Below are positions 1 through 10,438 of a stretch of 64,000 nucleotides of DNA, piece by piece (the first letter of the stretch is position 1; every line of letters starts with the position of its first letter). Under the pieces are notes generated by a model, which saw only the letters and a program-made list of their open reading frames with translations, was not told where the DNA came from and did no database searches. The position numbers and the translations under genes were made by a program. The DNA lies in contig JBAXXQ010000001.1 of assembly GCA_037127795.1 (NCBI GenBank), positions 515,687-579,686 on the forward strand. The letters run 5' to 3'. Origin of the DNA: a bacterium (GTDB lineage Bacteria > Patescibacteriota > Minisyncoccia > Phycocordibacterales > UBA9973).

Positions 1-1490
1 TATTCGAGCTCGGTATCAGAATATTCTGGTACTACTATATGTGTGCCCTCAAAAGAATACCCGCAAAGTTTTTCATACAGTTTTGTAATACTTTCATTTT
101 GTACAAATGTACTCAAACAAGTAAATTGTATGAACAACCCTGGTGCAATAATCTTTTTGTCTATCTGCGGAATTTGTTCTGGTGTAATATTTTCTGGTGT
201 ATGATTTTGCAAAAAATTTTCAAAATCAGATTGCACTGCAGATTCTTTGAGTGACAATTCTTTTGCGATCATCTGTATATATTGTGATTGCTCAATATGA
301 GATTTCACCACAGCAAGTGCTGGGAATACTTCTGATTGCAACATACGAGGTATTGCTGCTGGTGAACTATTGAGTGGGATACGTGCAACAGCGGCTTGTA
401 TATATGTAGTACTTTGTGCAAGCAAATCCTTCCAACCTTGTGCTCCATGTGCGAGCAAAAAATCTGCAGGATCAGAACCTTCTGGTATGGTGACCACTTT
501 TGGATTCATACCGAGACTATATGCAACAAGTGCTGCTTTGTGTTGGGCTTTGATACCAGCACTATCCCCATCGAATGCCAAAATAATATTGGGTACCAAT
601 CGAGAAATGATTGCAAGATGAGAAAATACATCTTTTGCAGATTCATTTGATACAGCAGTACCAGAGGTTGCAATAGTATTTCTGAATCCATATTGATGAC
701 TGACCACCATATCCATCTGACCTTCTACAAGAATCGCAAAGTTGTGTTTTTTGATAGCAGCTTTTGCTTTATCAAAACCATATAATACTTTTGATTTGTG
801 AAAGAGACTTGTCTCAGGACTATTGAGATATTTTGGACCAGTATCACTATTGGGAAAAATTCTTCCAGAAAATCCTATCACACGCCCACTACTATCACAC
901 AACGGGAACATAATACGAGAGCGAAATCGATCATACAGACGAGTCTGTCCATCTTTTTCTACTTGTTTTACAATACCCATTTCTTGTGCGATTTTTTTAT
1001 CATCAGATGAAGATAAGCTTTGTGCAATATATTGCCACTCATCGGGCACATACCCGATGCGGAAATTGGTAATAGTTTCTTCTGTTATTCCCCGAGAAGT
1101 CAGATACGCAAGCGCTGCGGGATTGTTTTGTAAACTTTGTTGATACTTGGTAGTGATCATTTCCAAAAATGCATATCCATCAGGACTTGTTGCGTCTTGT
1201 TTTTCGTATACAAGCTCTACCCCTGCGCGTTCTGCGAGTAATTTCAAAGTACCTTTGAAATCAAGCCCTTCAAACTTTTCTACAAAAGAGAATATATCCC
1301 CTTTTGCCCCACAACCAAAACAGTAGTAAAAACCACTGGCTGGAGACACACTAAATGAAGGTGTCTTTTCGTTATGAAATGGGCATCGTGCCTTGAACTG
1401 AGTTCCAGCAGGAATAAGAGTGATATAGCCAGACAGAACTTCTGCAATAGGCAATCGATCTTTTATTTGTTCGATTACCGTTCTAGACAT
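1..1490 (-). CDS. dnaG: DNA primase (3' part runs off the window)
   Basis: Manual translation from ATG 1490: MSRTVIEQIKDRLPIAEV...CPFHNEKTPSF...YCFGCGAKGDIFSF (CHC2 zinc finger) and the TOPRIM motif ILVEGQMDM. Absent from the ORF track because it has no stop inside the window. Confidence 0.96.
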   Translation of the reverse strand, partial: MSRTVIEQIKDRLPIAEVLSGYITLIPAGTQFKARCPFHNEKTPSFSVSPASGFYYCFGCGAKGDIFSFVEKFEGLDFKGTLKLLAERAGVELVYEKQDATSPDGYAFLEMITTKYQQSLQNNPAALAYLTSRGITEETITNFRIGYVPDEWQYIAQSLSSSDDKKIAQEMGIVKQVEKDGQTRLYDRFRSRIMFPLCDSSGRVIGFSGRIFPNSDTGPKYLNSPETSLFHKSKVLYGFDKAKAAIKKHNFAILVEGQMDMVVSHQYGFRNTIATSGTAVSNESAKDVFSHLAIISRLVPNIILAFDGDSAGIKAQHKAALVAYSLGMNPKVVTIPEGSDPADFLLAHGAQGWKDLLAQSTTYIQAAVARIPLNSSPAAIPRMLQSEVFPALAVVKSHIEQSQYIQMIAKELSLKESAVQSDFENFLQNHTPENITPEQIPQIDKKIIAPGLFIQFTCLSTFVQNESITKLYEKLCGYSFEGTHIVVPEYSDTELE

Positions 1491-1492
1491 TA

Positions 1493-4400
1493 TTAGTCTT
1501 CTCTCTTTATGTTATTAACATCAAGTACACTTCTTTCTCGGAAGCCTGTACCTGCAGGAATAAGTCGTCCTACGGTTACATTTTCTTTGAGACCACGGAG
1601 TGTATCTACACCACCCTTTACTGCGTTTGCAATAAGCACACGGTTTGTGTTTTGGAATGAGGCAGCTGAGATCCAAGATTTTGCATGAAGAGATGTTTGA
1701 GTAATACCAAGGATGATGAGTTCTCCTTTTGCTTCTCGCAATCCTGCAGTATGCATACGATCATTTTCTTCCATGAATTCTGTTGCTTCTACAACATCTC
1801 CAGGTGAGAATGATGTGTCTCCTGCATCTTTGATCTTACGACGTGAGAACATTTGGCGAACGATAATCTCAAGGTGTTTACGAGCGATAGATGCACCTTG
1901 CAATTCGTACACTTTTGTAATTTCACGAATGATGTAGTCTTCTGCAGCTTCTCGTCCTCCTGCGTGATACACATCTTCAATAGAAGCAGATCCATCTGTA
2001 AGAAGTTCTCCTGCTTTTACTTCTTGTCCAACTTTTACAATTGGTACACGACGTGCAGCAACAGTATATTCTACAGATTCTTTTTTAGAATCGAGCTTAT
2101 CTGAAAGTACTACGATTTTCTTTTCTCCGTCTTCGTCTTTGATATCTGCAACAGTACCACCAAATTTTGCTACTACTGCTGGATTTTTTACATTACGGTT
2201 TTCAAAGATTTCTTCAACACGAGGAAGACCTTGGGTAATATCAACTCCTGAAAGTCCACCGGCGTGGAATGTTCGAAGAGTAAGCTGTGTACCTGGTTCT
2301 CCGATAGCTTGTGCAGCTACGATACCTACTGCTTCACCTTTTTCAATCCATTTGTTTCGTCCAAGATCAAGACCATAACAAGTTCGGCAAATACCGTACA
2401 CTGTGCGACATGTCATAGGAGTACGAGCAAATACTTCTTGTATTCCTGATTTTTCAATTGCCATAGCATCATCCTTACTTACGAGGTGACCTTTTTTGAA
2501 CAATGTTTGTCCATCAACAACAATATCTTTTGCGAGTACACGGCCACGAATATTTTTTGAAAGAGGAATTTCAAATCCTGAAATAACTTCTTTAGTAATA
2601 GACTTCACCGCTTTTGTTCCACAGTCTTCTTCTGTAATGATCACATCTTGTGCAACATCAACGAGACGACGAGTAAGGTATCCAGCACGAGCAGTATTGA
2701 GCGCTGTGTCGGCAAGACCTTTACGTGAACCGTGAGTTGTAATGAAGTATTCAATTGGAGAAAGACCTTCCTTGTATGATGGAATAATTGGGAAGTCGAT
2801 AGTACGTCCTGTAGTGTTTTGGATCATACCTTTCATACCTGCCATCTGAGTAACCTGAGACATACTACCTCGAGCACCTGAAGTGATAAGGTCATATACT
2901 GAAGAGTGTTTTACTACAGTAAGCACAAGAGCTTTTTCAATCTCTGTTTTTGCTTTTTCCCAAATACCGATAACTTTTTGATATCGCTCTTCTTCTGAAA
3001 GCAATCCATCTTCAAATTGTGATCGTACTTCTTCTGCAAGTGCACGGTATTTTGCAATAATTTCTGGCTTTTCTTTTGGCACCATTACGTTATCAATTGC
3101 CCATGTTGTTCCTGAGAGCGTTGCGTATTTGTATCCGAATGCTTTGATACGATCAAGTACTGGTGCAATAGGATCGATACCATACTTACTGATCAATGTA
3201 TCAACAAGCGCAATCATTTTCTTTGAAGTAAGTTCTTCGTTTACGAATGGGAAATCTGCAGGCAATGTTGCATTGAAGAGTAAACGTCCAACAGTTGTCT
3301 CAAATGCTTTACCTGTATATGCAGCATACTTAACTTTTTCTGTACCAAGTACGTGGATTTTTGCACGATATGAAACCATATCAAAATCTGCAGCAGTGAT
3401 AGCTTCGTTTGGACTACCGAAGTATTTTCCTTCACCTTTATCTCCTTCTACGATAGATGTCATCCAGTATGAACCAAGGATGATATCCAACATTTTTGAT
3501 GAAACGATAGGCTCACCATTTTGTGGCTTAAGAAGGTTTTTGTCAGCAGCAATAAGTGTTGCAACTTCTTTTTGTGAAATATCAGAAAGTGGCAAGTATA
3601 CTCCCATCTGGTCTCCGTCGAAGTCGGCGTTGAACGCTGGACAAACGAGTGGGTGAACCTTGATAGCATTACCTTCAATAAGTACTGGTTGGAATCCTTG
3701 AATACCAAGACGGTGAAGTGTTGGTGCACGGTTCAACAATACATATTTTCCTTTAATACATTCTTCGAGGATTGCCCATACTTCTGGGATACCATCTTCT
3801 ACAAGTTTGTTTGCACCACGGATATTGTATGCGAGTTCTCGTTCGATTATTTTTGAAATAACGAATGGGCGGAACAATTCAAGTGCCATGTGTTTTGGAA
3901 GACCACATTGATTGAGTTTCAATGTTGGACCAACAATAATCACAGAACGACCTGAGTAGTCTACACGCTTACCGAGCAAGTTTTGACGGAACAACCCTTG
4001 TTTTGATTTGAGGTTGTCTGCGAGAGATTTGAGTGCACGGCGTTGTGCTTGTGACATTGCAGGAGAGTCTTGTCCGGCAATTGAGTTGTCGATAAGAGCA
4101 TCTACTGCTTCTTGCAAGATACGTTTTTCATTTCTCAAAATAACGTCTGGTGCAGAAATTTCTTTCAACTTTTTCAAACGATTATTTCGGTTGATAACAC
4201 GACGATACAAGTCATTGATATCACTTGTTGCATGACGTCCTCCTTCGAGTGCTACCATTGGGCGAAGTGCTGGTGGTATAACTGGGATAGTAGTAAGGAA
4301 CATCCATTCTGGACGAATATCTGCGTACATGAGTGAGCGGATAAGTGCAAGACGCTTTTGCAATTTTTCTTTTTCTGCAGCACCTGATTTCTCAAGAAGC

Positions 4401-5107
4401 TTTTCTGTTTCTCCTTTTATTTTTTCGAGATCAAGTTGCTTGAAAAGATCGTATACTGATTCAGCACCAATACCTGCATCAAATGCAGAACCATACTTCA
4501 ATGAGAAGTGGTGGTATGACATTTCAGTCAATACTTTTCCTACACGCAAATCTGCGAGTTCTTTTTTGGTATTAGTAAGCAATGTACGAAGCTTGTCGCG
4601 AGTGTCTTCATCTGCAGCATTTTTCAATTTGTTTTTAAATTCCAAATCAAGATCTGCAAGAATACGAGTACGTTCATCTTCATGTACTGCTGTCACAATA
4701 TATCCAGCAAAGTACACAACCTTTTCGAGATCTGTAAGAGATACGTTGAGCAAGATACTCATACGTGAAGGAACTCCACGCAAGAACCAAATATGTGCTA
4801 CAGGAGAAGCAAGTTCAATGTGCCCCATTCGTTCTCGGCGAACGATTGATTCTGTGATTTCAACTCCACACTTTTCACATGTGATACCTTTATATCGAAT
4901 ACGTTTATATTTTCCACAGTAACATTCATAGTCTTTTTCTGGACCGAATATTCTTTCGTCAAAAAGACCTCCGCGCTCACTACGTGATGTACGGTAATTG
5001 ATTGTTTCTGGTTTTGTTACTTCACCAAAACTCCATTCCTTGATTTTTTCAGGACTTGCGAGCTTGAGTGTAATTTGGTCAAAATTTGTTGTATCTAATG
5101 TTTTCAT
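1493..5107 (-). CDS. rpoC: RNA polymerase beta' subunit
   Basis: NADFDGD catalytic motif, N-terminal Zn-binding CYCGKYK...CEKC, RQNLLGKRVDYSGRS, AAQAIGEPGTQLTLRTFH. Confidence 0.99.
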   Translation of the reverse strand: MKTLDTTNFDQITLKLASPEKIKEWSFGEVTKPETINYRTSRSERGGLFDERIFGPEKDYECYCGKYKRIRYKGITCEKCGVEITESIVRRERMGHIELASPVAHIWFLRGVPSRMSILLNVSLTDLEKVVYFAGYIVTAVHEDERTRILADLDLEFKNKLKNAADEDTRDKLRTLLTNTKKELADLRVGKVLTEMSYHHFSLKYGSAFDAGIGAESVYDLFKQLDLEKIKGETEKLLEKSGAAEKEKLQKRLALIRSLMYADIRPEWMFLTTIPVIPPALRPMVALEGGRHATSDINDLYRRVINRNNRLKKLKEISAPDVILRNEKRILQEAVDALIDNSIAGQDSPAMSQAQRRALKSLADNLKSKQGLFRQNLLGKRVDYSGRSVIIVGPTLKLNQCGLPKHMALELFRPFVISKIIERELAYNIRGANKLVEDGIPEVWAILEECIKGKYVLLNRAPTLHRLGIQGFQPVLIEGNAIKVHPLVCPAFNADFDGDQMGVYLPLSDISQKEVATLIAADKNLLKPQNGEPIVSSKMLDIILGSYWMTSIVEGDKGEGKYFGSPNEAITAADFDMVSYRAKIHVLGTEKVKYAAYTGKAFETTVGRLLFNATLPADFPFVNEELTSKKMIALVDTLISKYGIDPIAPVLDRIKAFGYKYATLSGTTWAIDNVMVPKEKPEIIAKYRALAEEVRSQFEDGLLSEEERYQKVIGIWEKAKTEIEKALVLTVVKHSSVYDLITSGARGSMSQVTQMAGMKGMIQNTTGRTIDFPIIPSYKEGLSPIEYFITTHGSRKGLADTALNTARAGYLTRRLVDVAQDVIITEEDCGTKAVKSITKEVISGFEIPLSKNIRGRVLAKDIVVDGQTLFKKGHLVSKDDAMAIEKSGIQEVFARTPMTCRTVYGICRTCYGLDLGRNKWIEKGEAVGIVAAQAIGEPGTQLTLRTFHAGGLSGVDITQGLPRVEEIFENRNVKNPAVVAKFGGTVADIKDEDGEKKIVVLSDKLDSKKESVEYTVAARRVPIVKVGQEVKAGELLTDGSASIEDVYHAGGREAAEDYIIREITKVYELQGASIARKHLEIIVRQMFSRRKIKDAGDTSFSPGDVVEATEFMEENDRMHTAGLREAKGELIILGITQTSLHAKSWISAASFQNTNRVLIANAVKGGVDTLRGLKENVTVGRLIPAGTGFRERSVLDVNNIKRED

Positions 5108-5127
5108 AAATATATACTCCTACAAGA

Positions 5128-8100
5128 TTACGCTTCTAATATTTCTTCATCAGCATTGATTTCGACTTTTGTTTTTCCCAAATCAACATCAAGGGCAAGA
5201 CCTCTAAGGTAATTCAACATCACAGAGAATGATGCAGGAATATTTGGATCCTTGATAGTCTCTCCTTTAATAATAGAATCGAATGTTGCAGCACGTCCAC
5301 GAATATCGTCAGACTTGATAGTAAGCATTTCACGAAGCACATGAGATGCACCGTATCCTTCCAATGCCCAGACCTCCATTTCTCCAAAACGTTGACCTCC
5401 AGATTGTGCCTTACCTCCGAGTGGTTGTTGTGTGATAAGAGAGTACGGACCGATAGAACGCATGTGAATCTTGTCTTCTACCATGTGGTGAAGTTTCAAG
5501 ATATACATGTATCCAATAGAAATATCTTGTTCGAATTTTGTTCCGGTACGACCATCAAAGAGTGGTACCTTACCTGTTTCTGGAAATCCAGCTTTTACAA
5601 GCTCTTGTTTGATTTCTGTATCTGTTGCTCCACAGAATGGTGGCACTATAGCTTGGTAGCCAAGTGTGTGTGCAGCAAGACCCAAGTGAAGCTCAAGAAT
5701 CTGTCCGAGGTTCATACGTGAAGGCACACCGAGTGGAGTAAGTACTACATCCACAGGAGTTCCATCTGCCATGTATGGCATATCTTCTTCTGGAAGCACT
5801 ACTGAGATAACCCCTTTGTTTCCGTGACGTCCAGCAAGCTTGTCACCTACTGAGATATTACGAAGCTGTGCAACTTCAATAACGATTTTCTTGAGTACTC
5901 CTGATTCAAGTGTGTGTCCTTGTTCTCGTGAGAATACTTTTACACGAATAATACGTCCACGCTTTCCGTGATCCATCTTAAGTGATGTATCTTTTACATC
6001 ACGAGCTTTTTCAGCAAAGATTGAGCGGAGCAATCTTTCTTCTGGAGTAAGTTCTGTCTCACCTTTTGGTGTAATTTTACCAACCAAAATATCTCCTTCT
6101 TTTACTTCTGCACCAACACGGATAATACCTTCTTCATCAAGATCTTTGAGACGAGCTTCACCAACGTTTGGAATATCACGAGTAGTTATTTCTTGACCAA
6201 GTTTTGTATCACGAACTACACAAGTGAATTCTGCAATATATACAGAAGTAAGTTTTGAGTTTTTGATAACACGCTCTGACAAAATAATAGCGTCCTCGAA
6301 GTTTGCACCATTCCATGACATGAATGCTACGAACATGTTTTGACCGAGAGAGATTTGTCCATCAGCTGTTGTACTTGCATCAGCAAGAACTGCGCCTTTA
6401 GCAACTTTTTGTCCAACACTCACTGCTGGTCGGTGATGATATGCACCACTTTGGTTTGTTCTTTCGAATGTGAGGAATTTGTATGTAGTATCTTTTCCTG
6501 TTGCATCTTCTTTTACTACAACTTTTGCAGCATCAACATAGGTTACTGTTCCTGCATTTGCGGCAATAACCATACGTCCTGAATATGGAGCAGCCATACC
6601 TTCGATACCTGTTGCAACCAACGGTACTTCTGGACGAATAACTGGTACTCCTTGTTTTTGCATGTTACTTCCCATCAATGCACGGTTTGCTTCGTTGTGT
6701 TCCAAGAATGGAATCATACTTGTTGCAAGAGAGAATGCTTGGTTTGTTGCAATGTCGATATAATCAACTTCTTTTCTTGCGACAATACCAGGAGAAGTAC
6801 GAATACGAGCCTCTACACGTTCTGGAAGAGCTCCTTTGTCGTCTGTTGGCATACCTGCATGTGCAATAACAAACTTTTCTTCTTCTGCAGCATTGAGGTA
6901 TACGATTTCACTAGTTACTTTTCCATCTTTTACTTTTGCATATGGAGTTTCAATAACACCGAATTCATTGATACGAGCATAGATTGCCTGACGAAGAATA
7001 AGACCAATGTTTGGACCTTCTGGAGTGTGGATTGGACATACACGACCGTAGTGAGATGTGTGCACGTCACGAACTTCAAGAGTTGCGCGATCACGAGTCA
7101 AACCTCCGGGACCAAGCGCAGACAATGTACGTAGCTCTTCGAGCTCTGCCAAGATATTTTCTTGGTTCATAAATTGTGAGAGTTGGTTTGTAGTAAAGAA
7201 TTCTTTAATACGAGCTTGGAGAGGACGTTGGTTTACTACTTGTATAGGTAATGCACTTCCTGCATCAATAGTAGACATACGATCTTGTACATTTCGTTTG
7301 ATTTGTGTAAGACCCATGTAAATTTTTTGTTGCAACAATTCACCCATGAATCGAACGCGACGTGAAGAAAGGTTGTCGATATCATCTGGCTTTGCACCTG
7401 GTGTAGTATTCAATGCAACGATATTTGAAATAATGTGCATGAAATCTGAAACTGCAAGAGTTTTTTGTTTCATTGCTTCATCTCCCATATCGAGACCGAA
7501 ACGCTTGTTGAAACGGAAACGTCCAACAGAAGAAAGATCATAGCGATCTTCCCCAAAGAGATTTTTGATAAATTCTTTTGCATTGTCTGCTGTTGCGAGA
7601 TCACCATCGCGGAGTTTTCGGTAAATTTCTACAAAACTTTCGTCTTGTGTTTTTGTAGGATCTTTTTCAATACAGAATGCTACTACTTTTTGCACTTCTT
7701 CTGGAGCATTTTTGAATGCTGCCATAATATCCTTGTCTTCTGAGAGACCAAGTGCGCGCAACAAAGTAATGATAGGAAACTTACGCTTCTTATCGATACG
7801 TACATATATAGTACCGTCAGTATCTGACTCAATTTCAATCCAAACACCCCTGTTTGGAATTATTTTTGCGCCGAAAAACTTTTTACCTTTGAGTTCGAGT
7901 TCTGTGAAGAATACTCCTGAAGAACGAGAGAGTTGTGGAATGATTGTTCGCTCAACACCATTTATGATGAAAGTACCGTGATTTGTCATCACTGGGATAT
8001 CAGCCATAAAGAGTTCTTGCTCTTTTTCACTTCCTGATTGTTTGTTTGTGAGTTTTACTCGTGCCTTAAGTTGGCATTCGTATGAAAGTTTGTTTTCTTT

Positions 8101-8343
8101 TGCGTAGTGCTCATCAATTTTTGGCTCTACCAAATGAAATGATAAAAAGTCGAGTTGAAACTTTTTACCTGAATAGTCGAGGATTGGGGTAAATTCTTTA
8201 AATGTCTCCTTAATACCTTTTTCTACCAACCATGCATATGAATCAAGTTGGTGTTGAATAAGGTTAGGGAATTCTACTAAGGGTTTTTTGTATTTAGAAA
8301 AATACTTTTTAGGACGTACATCTATGTGGGGTGTGGTACTCAT
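5128..8343 (-). CDS. rpoB: RNA polymerase beta subunit
   Basis: GDKLAGRHGNKG, TPEGPNIGL, GGQRFGEMEVWALE motifs. Confidence 0.99.
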   Translation of the reverse strand: MSTTPHIDVRPKKYFSKYKKPLVEFPNLIQHQLDSYAWLVEKGIKETFKEFTPILDYSGKKFQLDFLSFHLVEPKIDEHYAKENKLSYECQLKARVKLTNKQSGSEKEQELFMADIPVMTNHGTFIINGVERTIIPQLSRSSGVFFTELELKGKKFFGAKIIPNRGVWIEIESDTDGTIYVRIDKKRKFPIITLLRALGLSEDKDIMAAFKNAPEEVQKVVAFCIEKDPTKTQDESFVEIYRKLRDGDLATADNAKEFIKNLFGEDRYDLSSVGRFRFNKRFGLDMGDEAMKQKTLAVSDFMHIISNIVALNTTPGAKPDDIDNLSSRRVRFMGELLQQKIYMGLTQIKRNVQDRMSTIDAGSALPIQVVNQRPLQARIKEFFTTNQLSQFMNQENILAELEELRTLSALGPGGLTRDRATLEVRDVHTSHYGRVCPIHTPEGPNIGLILRQAIYARINEFGVIETPYAKVKDGKVTSEIVYLNAAEEEKFVIAHAGMPTDDKGALPERVEARIRTSPGIVARKEVDYIDIATNQAFSLATSMIPFLEHNEANRALMGSNMQKQGVPVIRPEVPLVATGIEGMAAPYSGRMVIAANAGTVTYVDAAKVVVKEDATGKDTTYKFLTFERTNQSGAYHHRPAVSVGQKVAKGAVLADASTTADGQISLGQNMFVAFMSWNGANFEDAIILSERVIKNSKLTSVYIAEFTCVVRDTKLGQEITTRDIPNVGEARLKDLDEEGIIRVGAEVKEGDILVGKITPKGETELTPEERLLRSIFAEKARDVKDTSLKMDHGKRGRIIRVKVFSREQGHTLESGVLKKIVIEVAQLRNISVGDKLAGRHGNKGVISVVLPEEDMPYMADGTPVDVVLTPLGVPSRMNLGQILELHLGLAAHTLGYQAIVPPFCGATDTEIKQELVKAGFPETGKVPLFDGRTGTKFEQDISIGYMYILKLHHMVEDKIHMRSIGPYSLITQQPLGGKAQSGGQRFGEMEVWALEGYGASHVLREMLTIKSDDIRGRAATFDSIIKGETIKDPNIPASFSVMLNYLRGLALDVDLGKTKVEINADEEILEA

Positions 8344-8464
8344 TTTTTGTATATATAACGCAAAATTGGCCGCAAAAGGACACGCCTTCAGGGCTTTCTA
8401 ATAAAACTCTCTTAATAACAAACAGTATTTCTAATCGTAACTCTTCCGTCGTCTGTAGGAATTT

Positions 8465-8493
8465 ACTATATACCTTTATAATATATATGTCAA
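8465..8493 (-). promoter_or_regulatory. sigma70-type promoter of rpoB-rpoC-dnaG
   Basis: Minus strand TTGACA-17nt-TATAGT about 120 nt upstream of the rpoB ATG. Confidence 0.75.
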
Positions 8494-8500
8494 ATACAAA

Positions 8501-8532
8501 AACAGCGACACTTGATTTTTAGTGTCGCTGTT
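8501..8532 (-). terminator. intrinsic terminator hairpin
   Basis: AACAGCGACACT...AGTGTCGCTGTT inverted repeat with a T-tract on the minus strand, just after the 8537 ORF stop. Confidence 0.8.
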
Positions 8533-8536
8533 ATAT

Positions 8537-8731
8537 TTAATTAAATGATTCTACAACCTCATCGTTTGACCATACCTTATTATAAAGGTTGGTTCCTGTT
8601 GGATTCCTCCAACTTGATCTAAAGAAAGAAATTATTATATGTTCCTTTTTTATCTCGGGAATGACTATTGGTTCTTGATTTTGAATCCTTTTTTTTATCT
8701 CTTGAAGTTTTTTTCTTTCTATACGTGTCAT
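8537..8731 (-). CDS. small hypothetical protein (monocistronic accessory cassette)
   Basis: 64 aa ORF with its own TTGACA-17-TATTAT promoter (8777-8749) and downstream terminator. Confidence 0.65.
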   Translation of the reverse strand: MTRIERKKLQEIKKRIQNQEPIVIPEIKKEHIIISFFRSSWRNPTGTNLYNKVWSNDEVVESFN

Positions 8732-8806
8732 GACCGTTATTTTTATATATAATAGCAGATATATATAAAAATGTCAAGTACTTACACCATGTGTATATGA
8801 AAAGCC

Positions 8807-9508
8807 TTATTTTTGCTGGTTTTTACGCCATTCTTCGATCTTTTTATGATCTCCATTGAGTAATACCTCTGGGACCTTATATTTCTTCCCTTTTTCCTTT
8901 TTAGACTGTGGCCATATGAGCGTATCTGGACGTGTATACACACGAGGGCTAGCAATACGGGCTTCTTCGAGAGAGTCTACACTACCGAGCACTCCAGGGA
9001 TTTGGCGTGCTACAGCATCGGTCATAATAAGCGCTGGGAGCTCCCCTCCTGTAAGCACGTACTCGCCTATCGAGTATTCATCCGCTTTGAGGATTTTGCG
9101 TACACGATCGTCTACCCCTTCATACCGCCCACAAATAAAGACTATATCGGTGTACTGTTTGGCAAATTTTGTCGCAACAGTATTGGTAAACATTTTTCCG
9201 CTCGGTGAAAGCTGTATAACCTTTATCTTTGGTGCGACAACCTTTCTTTGACCTGCCGAAGTTTTAACGGAGGCAGTTTTAAACTTAAGCTTAGAAAATG
9301 CACGCAATATTGGCTCTGCAGACATCACCATACCAGGACCACCACCATATGGTTTGTCGTCCACTTTATTATGTCTATCAGTACTAAAGTCGCGAATATT
9401 TGATACATCAAAAGACACGAGCTTTTTTTCTTCTGCCCGCTTCAATATAGACTCCCCTGTATATGAGGTAATCATCTCTGGAAAAATAGTAAGATAATGA
9501 AATTTCAT
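8807..9508 (-). CDS. trmD: tRNA (guanine37-N1)-methyltransferase
   Basis: VDDKPYGGGPGMVM, ICGRYEGVDDR, SIGEYVLTGGELPA. Start moved to MKFHYLTIFPE, 7 nt after a TACTAT -10 box. Confidence 0.97.
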   Translation of the reverse strand: MKFHYLTIFPEMITSYTGESILKRAEEKKLVSFDVSNIRDFSTDRHNKVDDKPYGGGPGMVMSAEPILRAFSKLKFKTASVKTSAGQRKVVAPKIKVIQLSPSGKMFTNTVATKFAKQYTDIVFICGRYEGVDDRVRKILKADEYSIGEYVLTGGELPALIMTDAVARQIPGVLGSVDSLEEARIASPRVYTRPDTLIWPQSKKEKGKKYKVPEVLLNGDHKKIEEWRKNQQK

Positions 9509-9605
9509 ATAATACATAGTACGTAAAAATACCAATGTGTCAAATATATAATTTGACTTTATACCCCATAACACATATAGTGAGCAAAATTAAAAACAGC
9601 ACATT

Positions 9606-10040
9606 ATGGAAAAAGGTAAAAAAATTGCTTTTCAAAGCCTTAGTAGTTTTTTCAAAAAAGCCACTATAGGGAAAAATCCTATCTTTAAAGCCTGTGTAGA
9701 TCTTGCAAAACAATACTGCAACGAACTACAAGACCAGGCAGTAAGGAACTTTTTACAACAACAAGAAAAATTTTCTTGTTTTGATCAAGACATTTGGGAT
9801 CTTCTACAAAAAGAAACAAGTGCTATCTCAGACAGAATTTCTTTTATCTCAGACTTTTCTTTGTTTGTAGATATTGCACAAGATTTATTCAAAGGTGTAG
9901 ATATTTCAGAGTTTGAAACTACCAACGAATACAGAGGTTCAAAACCTGCCACTATTCCACCATCTGAAGCATACACATGGAGATCGACAGCAGATGAGCT
10001 CCTAAAAAACTATCGTAACAAAGAGCCACTTATTATATAA
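9606..10040 (+). CDS. hypothetical protein (monocistronic accessory cassette)
   Basis: 144 aa ORF; TTGACT-17-TATAGT promoter 9553-9581; hairpin AAGAGCCACTTA/TAAGCGGCTCTT over the stop. Confidence 0.7.
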   Translation: MEKGKKIAFQSLSSFFKKATIGKNPIFKACVDLAKQYCNELQDQAVRNFLQQQEKFSCFDQDIWDLLQKETSAISDRISFISDFSLFVDIAQDLFKGVDISEFETTNEYRGSKPATIPPSEAYTWRSTADELLKNYRNKEPLII

Positions 10041-10055
10041 GCGGCTCTTTATTTT

Positions 10056-10346
10056 TTACAGATCATTCAATCCGTCATCTAGATCAAATCCTTGTTTTTC
10101 AAAACCAGCAGGTTCGTTTATTTTGAGATTTACGCGAGCATTGTTTTTCATCCCTACTACACGGAGCAATGTACGAATAGCTTTTGCAGTATTTCCAGAA
10201 CGTCCAATAATCTTACCCATATCTGCTGGTGCAACAGCAAGTGTAAGTAATACCCCCATCTCGTCGACAGTACGATCTATTTTTACTTCAGCAGGATTTT
10301 CTACCAACGCTTTTACTACCATTTCTAGGAATTCTTTATCAGACAT
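10056..10346 (-). CDS. khpA: KH domain RNA-binding protein KhpA/YlqC
   Basis: DMGKIIGRSGNTAKAIRTLL KH motif; lies downstream of rpsP. Confidence 0.92.
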   Translation of the reverse strand: MSDKEFLEMVVKALVENPAEVKIDRTVDEMGVLLTLAVAPADMGKIIGRSGNTAKAIRTLLRVVGMKNNARVNLKINEPAGFEKQGFDLDDGLNDL

Positions 10347-10438
10347 ATATGAGTTAGATTATTTTATGTGAGTAATATATAAAGTATAGCAAACAGAAAA
10401 CAAAAAAGAAGTTTGTATACTTCTTTTTTGTGGATTAC

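Noticed and set aside
1-1143. Short ORFs listed in the track at the window start
   Set aside because: They overlap dnaG (antisense or off-frame), which was missed only because it runs off the window edge.
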